From: a virus
DNA length: 64,000 nucleotides
Reading direction: 5' to 3' (one strand)
IMG/VR virus record: IMGVR_UViG_3300020057_000496
Span: 102,853 to 166,852 of that record
The translations under genes and the position numbers were made by a program. Under the pieces are notes generated by a model, which saw only the letters and a program-made list of their open reading frames with translations, made no database searches and was not told where the DNA came from. Shown here piece by piece: positions 8,581-17,027 of the stretch. Numbering within the stretch: the first letter of the stretch is position 1; the number at the start of each line of letters is the position of its first letter.

Positions 8581-8587
8581 CAAGGAC

Positions 8588-8616
8588 AGATTGGCCGTTT
8601 CTTAACAGAAAGTCAA
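8588..8616 (-). promoter_or_regulatory. putative sigma70 promoter for the - strand tRNA-like cluster
   Basis: TTGACT-N17-CAATCT on the - strand; predicted start about 8581, next to the first tRNA-like 5' end. Confidence 0.55.
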
Positions 8617-8668
8617 CTATTTTATTTCGAACAAACAAAATAAATCATTCGAGCTTTCGGCCACTTGT

Positions 8669-9166
8669 GTGTCAGACTGGTGTCTACCTAATTACGACTC
8701 AACAGGGGGCCATATCGCAACATACGTTTCAAGTGCAACGTCATTCTTGACGCAGACCGGGAGCCTAGCTTTTTCTAAGCTGCGGGACGGGATCAAGGTC
8801 GATGTCCTGACACAACGCGGAACCTGGAAGCCGGGCACGGTCCGGAGCGTCGGGCGTCGGCCCATGTCGGACCTTACCTTCGTAGCCTCCGACGGAGACT
8901 CGATGGTAATACAGGCGACTGCCGGGTCCAAGTGGCTCCTGGCCGACGACAGTATTTCTTTCGTTCTGGGCCCAGGTGACTTCGTGAAATCCTTACGGCT
9001 CAAGGTCTTTACTGGGGACGAGGTTCTGTTTGTTTTAGAGAACGAAATGTGGCAGCTCCGGGAGGTCAGCGAGCCTCGGACGCGTGACGCCTGGACCATT
9101 GAACTGGCCGAAGACTTCTTCTTCGTCGCGACCGGCAACATCGTTATCGGTGGGAGCGCCAGGTGA
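8669..9166 (+). CDS. free-standing degenerate Hint (mini-intein-like) domain protein
   Basis: YVSSATSFLTQTG (block A without Cys1), ATAGSKWLL (block B without His), AWTIE..FFVATGNIVIGG (blocks F/G without terminal Asn). Confidence 0.65.
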   Translation: MSDWCLPNYDSTGGHIATYVSSATSFLTQTGSLAFSKLRDGIKVDVLTQRGTWKPGTVRSVGRRPMSDLTFVASDGDSMVIQATAGSKWLLADDSISFVLGPGDFVKSLRLKVFTGDEVLFVLENEMWQLREVSEPRTRDAWTIELAEDFFFVATGNIVIGGSAR

Positions 9167-10161
9167 TTCATTCTTCCTCTTACGTTCTTACGAGCAAGGG
9201 GCTGCGGCGAGCAGGCGACATCCGTGACGCGGAGGTCGTCACGTTTGACGAGAAGGGGGTTTCACTTACTTTAATCACCGAACCACGCCCTTTGTATAGG
9301 GAAGGCAATTTACTTACACTCGTGACCAGTGACGGCCACGAGCTTCTTTGTAGTGGCCTAATCAAAATCAAGACGCCGTTCGGGTTCATAGCGGGGACCG
9401 ACCTGGCGGCAGGGGACCGCGTAAGCCTCCAGCCACGAGAGGGCAACTTTGGTGAAGCTAGCTTACTACACAACGACTGCGAGACTGGGCTCATTTTGGG
9501 ACTACTAGCAAGGGGGACAGTCAGCGCCAAGGATACGCTGGCGCTTTTCGGTACCTCTTCTTTTATTGATCCTGAAGAAGCGCGGGCGGCAGTGGCCAGT
9601 CTTACGGCACTCTCTGGACCTGTAGAGTTGTTCGAAAAGAATATTGACCAGATTGGCGGAAGTAAGCTTTTCTATTGGCTTGCCGACTACGTCAGTCACC
9701 CCGAGTTAATCCTCGACCAAGTGATTGAGCCCGTCATGAGTGGTTCGATTGAGGCAACGCTCTGTTACCTCGCTGCGCTATTCGCGGACCCTGACCTCAA
9801 GGCAGAGCGACTGGGCGAACAGATCTCGGTTTACTCCTTGAAGACGCACACCTTCGCTAGGCAGGTCCAGCTCTTACTACTTAATCACGGGATTCTTTCT
9901 AGTGTCCATGGAAAAGTTGTCTACATGGACATGAAATCTTTTTCTTCTTTAATTGGCAAAATCGCCAGATACGGCCGGACCTTTTCTTACAGCGACAAGC
10001 TCTGGGCGATGTTAGATCCGTTTTTCAATCAACAGCGGGCTTTCTTCTCCACTGTTAGGTCTGTTAAAACTAGTCAGATGAGTTCCGCGCCGGACTCGTC
10101 GGGAATATACGCCATATCAAGTCAACCATATATAGCTAACGGACTTATTGTCCAGGAATAG
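9163..10161 (+). CDS. free-standing degenerate intein with LAGLIDADG-like core
   Basis: MIHSSSYVLTSKG, LVTSDGHELLCS, DLAAGD, GLILGLLARG, YLAALFAD, RQVQLLLLNHGILS, YIANGLIVQE*. Confidence 0.75.
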   Translation: MIHSSSYVLTSKGLRRAGDIRDAEVVTFDEKGVSLTLITEPRPLYREGNLLTLVTSDGHELLCSGLIKIKTPFGFIAGTDLAAGDRVSLQPREGNFGEASLLHNDCETGLILGLLARGTVSAKDTLALFGTSSFIDPEEARAAVASLTALSGPVELFEKNIDQIGGSKLFYWLADYVSHPELILDQVIEPVMSGSIEATLCYLAALFADPDLKAERLGEQISVYSLKTHTFARQVQLLLLNHGILSSVHGKVVYMDMKSFSSLIGKIARYGRTFSYSDKLWAMLDPFFNQQRAFFSTVRSVKTSQMSSAPDSSGIYAISSQPYIANGLIVQE

Positions 10162-10167
10162 CAACGC

Positions 10168-12090
10168 ATGTCAAATATTCTCACCGACGCTTTTCTCGCC
10201 AAGTACGCTACTAAGGCCCCACCGTTCGGTGGCTCCGGCTTGGGCCAGTTCGTTGCTAATCGTACTTACGCCCGCCTCAAGGCGGACGGAACAAAAGAGC
10301 ACTGGAGGGAAACTATCGCTAGGTGCGTGAATGGTGCCCAAACGATTGGTGCAGAGTTCACCGAAGACGAAGCTATGGCGCTTTTCGATCACATGTTCAA
10401 TCTGCGCGGCCTAGTTGCTGGGCGTTGCCTGTGGCAACTAGGCGTAGATAACATGATCGAAAGATTCGGTTTTGGCAGCCTAGTGAACTGTTATTATACA
10501 AATATCGAATCGATTGATGATATTAGGTACTTATTTACTATGTTAACCTTAGGTGGCGGGGTCGGCGTAGGAATAAAGCGCGCCATGATCCACGAGTTCC
10601 CTAAAGTCAAGCATAATGTTACTATCTCGCACGAACGAACTAACGATGCCTCGTTTATAGTACCTGACAGCCGTGAGGGTTGGGCAGAACTCCTAGTCAA
10701 GACACTTGAGTCTTATTTTTTTACCGGTAAGTCATTTACATACTCGACTATCTTAGTGCGTCCTCCTGGGTCAAAACTTGCCAGCTTTGGTGGTCGCGCC
10801 TCTGGCCCGCAAGCTTTAATTGATGGCATTAAGGATATTTGCAATCTACTGGACGGTCGTGCTGGCAAAAAGATTCGCAGCATTGATTCTTTAGATATAG
10901 TAAATATTATTGGGCGAGTTGCCGTTGCCGGGTCTTCCCGGCGTAGCGCTATTTTAGCGATTGGCGATACGGACGATTACAGTTATTTACGCGCGAAGAA
11001 CTGGGCCGCTGGTAAGATTCCGGCATGGAGGTCCCAGTCTAATAATAGCGTAGCTGCCGATAGTTACGACCAGATTGTAGAAGAGTTATGGAAGGGATAT
11101 ACGGGAGACTCTGAGCCGTACGGCTTAGTAAATCTAGAATTAGCAAAAAAGTACGGTCGCCTAGGCGAACTAAGACCAGATCCAAACATTGAAGGTTTTA
11201 ACCCCTGCGCGGAGCAGGCACTAGAGAGTCGTGGGTGTTGCAATCTATCTACCGTATTCCTGCCACTAATTTCGTCGCGCGACCAATTCTTTGAGGTGTC
11301 CAGATTACTCTTTAAGGTCCAAAAAGCAATCACGCGCCTACATCATGTAGACAAAGAGACCGAAGAGATTACCCACAAGACTCGTCGAGTGGGTCAGTCT
11401 ATTACTGGCTGGATGCAATTAACATCAGAGCAGTTATCGTGGATTAGCCCTGCATATTCTCATCTCAGAGAATACGACAAGTCACTCTCGGCTCAATGGG
11501 GTATTAATCAATCAATTCGCATTAGTACTTGTCAACCGTCTGGAACCATGTCCCTTTTGCCGTTCGTAACTCCGGGAGTACACCCGGCGTATGCAACTCA
11601 CTTTATTCGGAGAGTCAGACTCGCTGCCGACGACAACCTCGTTCAACAGGCCAGTAAGAATGGCTACGAAGTAGAATACGAAATTCAACTTGACGGTAGT
11701 AAAAACCACAATATCTGTATCGTTAATTTCCCCTGCGAAATGCCAAGCCATGCCGTGACTAGTAATCAACTATCGGCGATTGGTCAACTAAACTGGCTCG
11801 TAAGGGTAAATACCGACTGGAGTGATTCGGCCGTCTCGTCTACCGTTTATTACAAGCGAGAAGAACTTGAGGAAATCAAGGCTTGGTTAAGGGATAATTA
11901 CGAATCTAAGATCAAGGCAGTTTCTTTTTTACTGCACCAGGACCATGGCTTTGCGCAACCACCTTACGAAGAGATCTCGCGAGAGCAGTTCACGAAGATG
12001 TCTTCTCAAATTACCAGTACTAGCTTCGACGACGAAGGATCAGAGGAAATCGATCTAGAGTGTGCCGGCGGGCACTGTCCGATTAAATAA
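10168..12090 (+). CDS. nrdJ: class II (adenosylcobalamin-dependent) ribonucleoside-triphosphate reductase
   Basis: RTYAR, LVNCYY, GGGVG, RRSA, FNPCAEQ, QPSGTMS, C-terminal ECAGGHCPIK. Confidence 0.95.
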   Translation: MSNILTDAFLAKYATKAPPFGGSGLGQFVANRTYARLKADGTKEHWRETIARCVNGAQTIGAEFTEDEAMALFDHMFNLRGLVAGRCLWQLGVDNMIERFGFGSLVNCYYTNIESIDDIRYLFTMLTLGGGVGVGIKRAMIHEFPKVKHNVTISHERTNDASFIVPDSREGWAELLVKTLESYFFTGKSFTYSTILVRPPGSKLASFGGRASGPQALIDGIKDICNLLDGRAGKKIRSIDSLDIVNIIGRVAVAGSSRRSAILAIGDTDDYSYLRAKNWAAGKIPAWRSQSNNSVAADSYDQIVEELWKGYTGDSEPYGLVNLELAKKYGRLGELRPDPNIEGFNPCAEQALESRGCCNLSTVFLPLISSRDQFFEVSRLLFKVQKAITRLHHVDKETEEITHKTRRVGQSITGWMQLTSEQLSWISPAYSHLREYDKSLSAQWGINQSIRISTCQPSGTMSLLPFVTPGVHPAYATHFIRRVRLAADDNLVQQASKNGYEVEYEIQLDGSKNHNICIVNFPCEMPSHAVTSNQLSAIGQLNWLVRVNTDWSDSAVSSTVYYKREELEEIKAWLRDNYESKIKAVSFLLHQDHGFAQPPYEEISREQFTKMSSQITSTSFDDEGSEEIDLECAGGHCPIK

Positions 12091-12127
12091 TGCTCTCCCA
12101 CATTCTAACCGGCGCACGGTGTTCATA

Positions 12128-12337
12128 ATGCTATACCATATAATAACTTCATATACTTGTGGGGATTGTTATCAAAGAAATATAAGTTGGTCCGCCGAGG
12201 AGTACGAAAGAGAACAAAGAGAACCAAGTTCAACATTCACCGTCTGCACCCACGACTCAACTGGTATACATTTCGGAGAAGAAATCTGCCCCTGGTATGC
12301 TGTAAACAAAGAGATTGATGAAGGATATGACATTTAA
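12128..12337 (+). CDS. small AT-rich hypothetical protein
   Basis: ATG at 12128 within the 12062 ORF; CxxC. Confidence 0.4.
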   Translation: MLYHIITSYTCGDCYQRNISWSAEEYEREQREPSSTFTVCTHDSTGIHFGEEICPWYAVNKEIDEGYDI

Positions 12338-13868
12338 TAACAATAGAATGATTAACAACTTGTACCATGATCGAGCTTACCCTGCGAAGGAGGTTTCGGC
12401 TAAGGGAACTTGCGCTTACACATTCCCTTCTTTGGCGGCTGCCGAAGAGTCCGGCAGGTCCTTCATGCTTATGCCGAAGAATAATCTGATAGTTATCGAT
12501 TTCGATAGGTCGGAGCCTGCTTATAAAACTGAGCCTTACTTCATTTACCTTGACTGGCTAAAGTCTCGCGAAGTCGCTTACTTCGAATGGAACTCCGGAC
12601 GGGCCGGACACCGGCATCTCGTTGTAGCTTTCTCTACCGTTGCGTTGCAGACGGAAGCGTGGCATTACTTGAAGTCCATCAAGTTGCCGTGTCGCTGGAA
12701 CCAGTACTGTCGGCCGCCGCTCGCGCCTCACAAGCACGGCCTGAATGTCGGACTTTGTGACGGAGTAACTTTAGAAGATGTAGAAAGGGTACTTTCCGTA
12801 CAGTCGGACGGTGAGTTCGAATCCCCAAATCACTTGCTGAACAATACGGTGCGTGTCCTGCGTCCGGCTCCGCCTCGTGCCCTCAGTCAGGAGATGCAGG
12901 CTTTCCTTGTGTCCGGAGCCCCTGCCGAATCAGACCGTTCTTACTTCGTGACGAAGGTGGCGCTGGCACTCGTGAATTCCGGCTATTCTGATACGGACGG
13001 CGGTGCCGCACTGGCCAATCCGAAGAACGGAATCTCGGCACATATCCTTGACAAGCGGCGGGGGACGCAAGAACAGGCCCGTTACGGCCAGTTCTTCATG
13101 CGTAAGGCGCGGGTTTTCGCCCAGAAGAATCCAGTCCAGGTGGTTCGCTCCGAAGAAGAAACAGAACAAAACAGGAAACTTCTTTTCTTTATACAGAACC
13201 GTCCGTGGCCCGGACGTACCGGCTCAAGTGACTTGAGCACGCTGGAGGCACATCTTGGCTGCGCGTTGCGAGCCGGAAGCAAGCAGTACGGCCTCTCCGC
13301 AAGAGAACAGGAGCTGGAGTCCCGTCTAGCCCTAAAGACCTGCCTGAAGGCCAACCGGCGGCTTGTCGAGGCCGGCTGGCTCCGTCGGGTAAAGAAGGGG
13401 TCAGGGGACGAGGCTTCGGTCTGGGTGGTTGGCCTACCCTCCCACCTAGAGCAAGAGTACCACACTACCTTCCAAGAGAGAGATGCAAGAGAGTGTGGTA
13501 GATTAGCTCGCCCCGTAAAAAGCCCCGTATTCCGTGCCTTTCTCTCTGGCGGGTTGCGTGGACTCGGGCAGGCCGCAGGCAGGGTGATGCCTTACCTGGA
13601 GGCCGGAATCACCTCTACAGGGCTCCTGGCTCGCAAGACTGGGCTGTCCGTCTGGAGTGTCCGGCGGGCTTTGAAGATCCTTTCAGGGGTCGGGATGGTA
13701 AAGAGCACCTCGGAAGGGTTCGTTTTGGGTCGGGAAGTCCCGGAATTCCTGGAGAAGTCGGCTAACCGGAAGCTGGAGCTGATTTCAGCCAGGCACGTCC
13801 GCGAACGGGACGCCTGGAAGGCTGGCCGGGTCGCCCGGCAGATCGCGGAATACCGCCTCTGTGCCTAG
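12315..13868 (+). CDS. AEP-superfamily primase-polymerase / Rep-like protein with helical and winged-helix domains
   Basis: LIVIDFD (motif I), NSGRAGHRH (motif II), RPPLAPH; DRS..VALAL helical domain; C-terminal LARKTGLSVWSVRRALKIL HTH. Confidence 0.7.
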   Translation: MMKDMTFNNNRMINNLYHDRAYPAKEVSAKGTCAYTFPSLAAAEESGRSFMLMPKNNLIVIDFDRSEPAYKTEPYFIYLDWLKSREVAYFEWNSGRAGHRHLVVAFSTVALQTEAWHYLKSIKLPCRWNQYCRPPLAPHKHGLNVGLCDGVTLEDVERVLSVQSDGEFESPNHLLNNTVRVLRPAPPRALSQEMQAFLVSGAPAESDRSYFVTKVALALVNSGYSDTDGGAALANPKNGISAHILDKRRGTQEQARYGQFFMRKARVFAQKNPVQVVRSEEETEQNRKLLFFIQNRPWPGRTGSSDLSTLEAHLGCALRAGSKQYGLSAREQELESRLALKTCLKANRRLVEAGWLRRVKKGSGDEASVWVVGLPSHLEQEYHTTFQERDARECGRLARPVKSPVFRAFLSGGLRGLGQAAGRVMPYLEAGITSTGLLARKTGLSVWSVRRALKILSGVGMVKSTSEGFVLGREVPEFLEKSANRKLELISARHVRERDAWKAGRVARQIAEYRLCA

Positions 13869-13875
13869 AATTCTG

Positions 13876-13905
13876 TTGACGAACCATGCCTAGTCGTGTT
13901 AACGT
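13876..13905 (+). promoter_or_regulatory. putative sigma70 promoter
   Basis: TTGACG-N18-TAACGT with a TGn extension. Confidence 0.45.
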
Positions 13906-13931
13906 GCGGATCTCTGGATAGGGGGTATGCC

Positions 13932-14246
13932 ATGGCGAAGCTGATACTTACATTACTGTGTGTTCTTCTGGCTAGTTCGGCATTTGCGTGGACCAAATGC
14001 ACGACTCGTGGGGCGAACACGTACTGCGACGACGGGACCACCTTGCACCGGACTCCGGGCGGTGGAATTGTGGATTACAAGACCGGCGAGACGCACTCGC
14101 GGTACGGGCAACACCTTTACAGTAATAAAGACGGTTCGTGGCGCGCGAAGAACGGCAAGGGGCGAGTCACGAGTAGCCTGAATCACAAGCCTCAAGTCAA
14201 GGACCGGGTCCTGGACGAGATCTTCGGCAACTCGGAGGACTGGTAG
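13932..14246 (+). CDS. small secreted protein
   Basis: Signal peptide MAKLILTLLCVLLASSAFA; GGGGG RBS. Confidence 0.65.
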   Translation: MAKLILTLLCVLLASSAFAWTKCTTRGANTYCDDGTTLHRTPGGGIVDYKTGETHSRYGQHLYSNKDGSWRAKNGKGRVTSSLNHKPQVKDRVLDEIFGNSEDW

Positions 14247-14270
14247 TCGTGAGTAAAGGAACTTCCTGAT

Positions 14271-14325
14271 TCATCGATTCTCCGGGGCGGAAACCCCGTC
14301 CTTTAGGGCCGTACAGAGCGCCACC
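14271..14325 (+). mobile_element. IS200/IS605-family left-end remnant
   Basis: TCAT-CGATTCTCCGGGGCGGAAACCCCGTCCTTTAGGGC; near-identical to the reverse complement of 21368-21406. Confidence 0.65.
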
Positions 14326-14456
14326 GCAGTTTAGGAACCAATGCTTTACTATATTCAAACTGGCGTTTGGTGTTCTCATTGCGACAACCCAGTCAACGGC
14401 ATCAAGGCGAACCATATTCGGGTTTCCTGGCAGTCTTGGTTTTGCTTATTTCAGAA

Positions 14457-14476
14457 TCGAACAAGCGCTTGTTCGA
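14457..14476. promoter_or_regulatory. perfect 20-bp palindrome, candidate XRE operator
   Basis: TCGAACAAGCGCTTGTTCGA directly upstream of the XRE gene. Confidence 0.55.
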
Positions 14477-14494
14477 AGTAGAGAGGGATGCGAA

Positions 14495-14737
14495 TTGAAG
14501 AATGACGGCGCGCTACCCGAACTCGGCGTTCGGGATTTGAGATTGAAATTACGCTTGACTCAAGAGGAGTTGGCGCACGCGATAGGGGTGACGTTCTCGA
14601 CGATCAATCGCTGGGAGAACGGCCATGCCAAGCCCAGTAAGCTCGCCAGGCGCGCTATCGAGCTTTTGCGGCAGACTCGCGGAATGACGGCCGCGTCGCG
14701 TCAGAGCAGTAAGTCGAGTACTACTCAATTCATTTGA
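14495..14737 (+). CDS. XRE/Cro-family HTH regulator
   Basis: LTQEELAHAIGVTFSTINRWENGHAKP. Confidence 0.88.
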   Translation: MKNDGALPELGVRDLRLKLRLTQEELAHAIGVTFSTINRWENGHAKPSKLARRAIELLRQTRGMTAASRQSSKSSTTQFI

Positions 14738-14741
14738 CGCT

Positions 14742-14815
14742 GCGCCCGTAGCCCAATTGGAAGAGGCACTTCCCTCAAGAGGAAGTTAGTGTCCGTTCGA
14801 ATCGGACCGGGCGTA
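14742..14815 (+). tRNA. tRNA-Leu(CAA) with a short variable loop
   Basis: GCGCCCG/CGGGCGT, CTTCC-CTCAAGA-GGAAG, GTCCG-TTCGAAT-CGGAC, discriminator A; no encoded CCA. Confidence 0.85.
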
Positions 14816-14841
14816 TTCAGGAGTGGTGGGAGGCTTCAAGC

Positions 14842-15582
14842 ATGGGCACTGTGTTCGTAGGTGATCTACATGGGCGTATCAGGACCTTACGTGAGATTGA
14901 AAAACTGGATCACTACTTTGTCTTCATGGGGGACTTCCTGGACTCGTTCACGCAGTCACGCGAGGATCAAATCGAAGTGGTCCGGGAGGTGCTACGCCTG
15001 GACGGAGAAGGCAAGGCCAGGTTCCTGCTCGGCAATCACGAATTGAGTTATGCAAACCCGGACTGGCGCTGTTCTGGCTGGAATAAGCAGACACAGCACG
15101 CCGTTGCTCCGTACCTAGATCAGCTATTGCGACGCGGCTTGAACTGGTATTCACCGGGACCAGGAGTTCTCGTTACTCACGCCGGGGTCACGGCGCGACT
15201 CTGGCATTTGCTGACCGACTACCCGGCATTCGACACGCCAGAGGCGAAGCTCGACGAGTGCTGTTGTCAGATAAATCGTGCGAGTGGGGACGCCTATTCA
15301 TGGCTATATGCGGCTGGAGCCGGTCGAGGTGGGGGCAGCCTGTTGCCAGGCCCATTTTGGTGTGACTGGAATTCCGAATTCGAACCTGTTTCCGGACTAA
15401 CACAGATTGTCGGGCACACGGCAGTGGTGGAAAGTACCCGCTTCTTTAAGCAAACGACGAGACAGGGGTTGCGCCAGACCCCGAACGGAGACTGGAACAT
15501 AGACTGCCTAGATCTCGATACGGCACGGACGGTATTACTGTACGAAGAAGGCGCCTTGACGCCACTTCCGCTAGGGGGCTAG
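14842..15582 (+). CDS. calcineurin-like metallophosphoesterase
   Basis: GDLHG, GDFLD, GNHE, THAG, VGHT. Confidence 0.92.
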   Translation: MGTVFVGDLHGRIRTLREIEKLDHYFVFMGDFLDSFTQSREDQIEVVREVLRLDGEGKARFLLGNHELSYANPDWRCSGWNKQTQHAVAPYLDQLLRRGLNWYSPGPGVLVTHAGVTARLWHLLTDYPAFDTPEAKLDECCCQINRASGDAYSWLYAAGAGRGGGSLLPGPFWCDWNSEFEPVSGLTQIVGHTAVVESTRFFKQTTRQGLRQTPNGDWNIDCLDLDTARTVLLYEEGALTPLPLGG

Positions 15583-15846
15583 ATGGGAATCTACGACACT
15601 CTTCATGGTAAGTGTGCTCACTGTGGAGAATACTGCGAGAAACAACAGAAGCCCGGTACGTTTATCTTTTTCGATCTAGAAAGGGCAACCGGAGCAGAGC
15701 TAGCGCGATTCTGTGGCAAGAATGAATTGCTCTGTGGGATGTGCAGCGGCGTTACCGTCGTTACTATCGAAGTGGAGAAGGTGTCAGTATCTATCAGTAA
15801 AAAGGAAAAGGAAATAGCAAAGGAAATAGCAAGGGGGCAGTCGTGA
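15583..15846 (+). CDS. hypothetical zinc-binding protein
   Basis: MGIYD..CAHCG...CGMC. Confidence 0.6.
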   Translation: MGIYDTLHGKCAHCGEYCEKQQKPGTFIFFDLERATGAELARFCGKNELLCGMCSGVTVVTIEVEKVSVSISKKEKEIAKEIARGQS

Positions 15847-16250
15847 GTACGGCGCGCGATAAGTTAGTAGCGGAACTGGTACGGGACTGCCTAGCCGCCG
15901 GAATCGCGCCAGAGGAGACGGGTGAGGGCCTGGATACAGGGCGAATACACCGCAACGGGCTTCGTCGCGGCATCGTCGAGTGGTTGCGGTGGTACGACCT
16001 GGACTCAATTCTTGTCGAGTTGCCAGAGTCAGAGTCGTTGTGTGCGCCAACTGGTCACGGCTGGTGGTGGGCGCGACGCAGAACCAGTGCTCAATGGGCG
16101 GCCGTTAAGGTCTTCGTGATTAGCGATGAGACCGCCACGGAGAAGTGGACAGTCCTGGAAGTTGGTGACAATCACGGTTATTCGTTGCACCACTATAACG
16201 CCTGGCTGCCGCTCGCCCAGCCAGTGAAGTCGAAGGATACGCCCAAGTGA
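15843..16250 (+). CDS. hypothetical protein with MST-leader variant
   Basis: MSTARDKLVAELVRDC; ends KDTPK. Confidence 0.6.
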   Translation: MSTARDKLVAELVRDCLAAGIAPEETGEGLDTGRIHRNGLRRGIVEWLRWYDLDSILVELPESESLCAPTGHGWWWARRRTSAQWAAVKVFVISDETATEKWTVLEVGDNHGYSLHHYNAWLPLAQPVKSKDTPK

Positions 16251-16426
16251 GGAAAATGCGGCCGCTTGCAAGTTGCGTCAATGGTTGCCAAGCCGTGCCG
16301 CAACTTCCATCGCTCGTGCTTTGCGCGTCGTGCCTGGCAGGCTTGACGCGCAAGTTCAACGCATTAGCGGATTTGTTTGCGGCCAGGGGTCGCGCGCTAG
16401 CGAAGCCGAAGGAGATTTCCAAGTGA
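16247..16426 (+). CDS. small hypothetical protein (59 aa)
   Basis: GTGA overlaps at both ends; CxxxC and CxxC; ends PKEISK. Confidence 0.5.
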   Translation: MRKMRPLASCVNGCQAVPQLPSLVLCASCLAGLTRKFNALADLFAARGRALAKPKEISK

Positions 16427-16674
16427 GCACGACCGACGACCTGCTGCGCGCCGTCGCGATTCGCATCATGAACGAGTGCTACCTTGCCTTGCGATCGGGT
16501 TCGAGTTGTCGGACCCCCGACATGCAGGCGTGGCAGCGCATCACCGAGCGCGTCGGGAACCACCTCGAAGCCTTGATCGAGGACGTCAAGGCCGAGCGTG
16601 CCTTCTGGGGCTTGCCATCTGGCGATTGCGCCGCGCTCGACAAGGCTGCGGAGCCGAAGGATACGCCAAAGTGA
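16423..16674 (+). CDS. hypothetical protein with MSTTDDLLRAV leader
   Basis: AAGGAG RBS plus GTG; shared leader. Confidence 0.65.
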   Translation: MSTTDDLLRAVAIRIMNECYLALRSGSSCRTPDMQAWQRITERVGNHLEALIEDVKAERAFWGLPSGDCAALDKAAEPKDTPK

Positions 16675-17027
16675 GCACACGCGATGAACTGCTGCGCGCC
16701 GTCGGGGAGGCGGTGCGCGATAAGTGTCGCGTCGCCAAGGGTGACGCATACGGGGTCGGAAACTCCGATCTCGACGCTATTATCGCCCGCGTCAAGTCAG
16801 AATACGCCCAGCGCGAGCCAGATAGCGCGAGCGAGGTGGTTTCGCTTCGTGCAGAGGTGGCACGCTTGAAAGCAGACGTGCGGGCAGCGCGGGAGTTAAG
16901 CGCCGAGATCCGAGTTATTCGCCGCGCTCGACAAGACTGCGGCCGGGGATAAAAAGGAGACGCCCAAGTGAGCACACGCGATGAACTGCTGCGCGCCGTC
17001 GGGGAGGCGGTGCGCGATAAGTGTCGC
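16629..17027 (+). repeat. about 100-bp direct repeat (16629-16730 and 16920-17027) spanning gene end, RBS and the first 20 codons
   Basis: GTGAGCACACGCGATGAACTGCTGCGCGCCGTCGGGGAGGCGGTGCGCGATAAGTGTCGC is identical in both copies. Confidence 0.92.
16671..16952 (+). CDS. hypothetical coiled-coil protein with MSTRDELLRAVGEAVRDKCR leader
   Basis: GTG start overlapping the upstream stop. Confidence 0.65.
   Translation: MSTRDELLRAVGEAVRDKCRVAKGDAYGVGNSDLDAIIARVKSEYAQREPDSASEVVSLRAEVARLKADVRAARELSAEIRVIRRARQDCGRG

Noticed and set aside
8164-8583. 139-aa - strand ORF
   Set aside because: Overlaps the tRNA-like cluster and has no protein-like features.
16629-17027. CRISPR array or integron attC cassettes
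   Set aside because: The repeats are coding, long, few and irregularly spaced; no cas or integrase gene.
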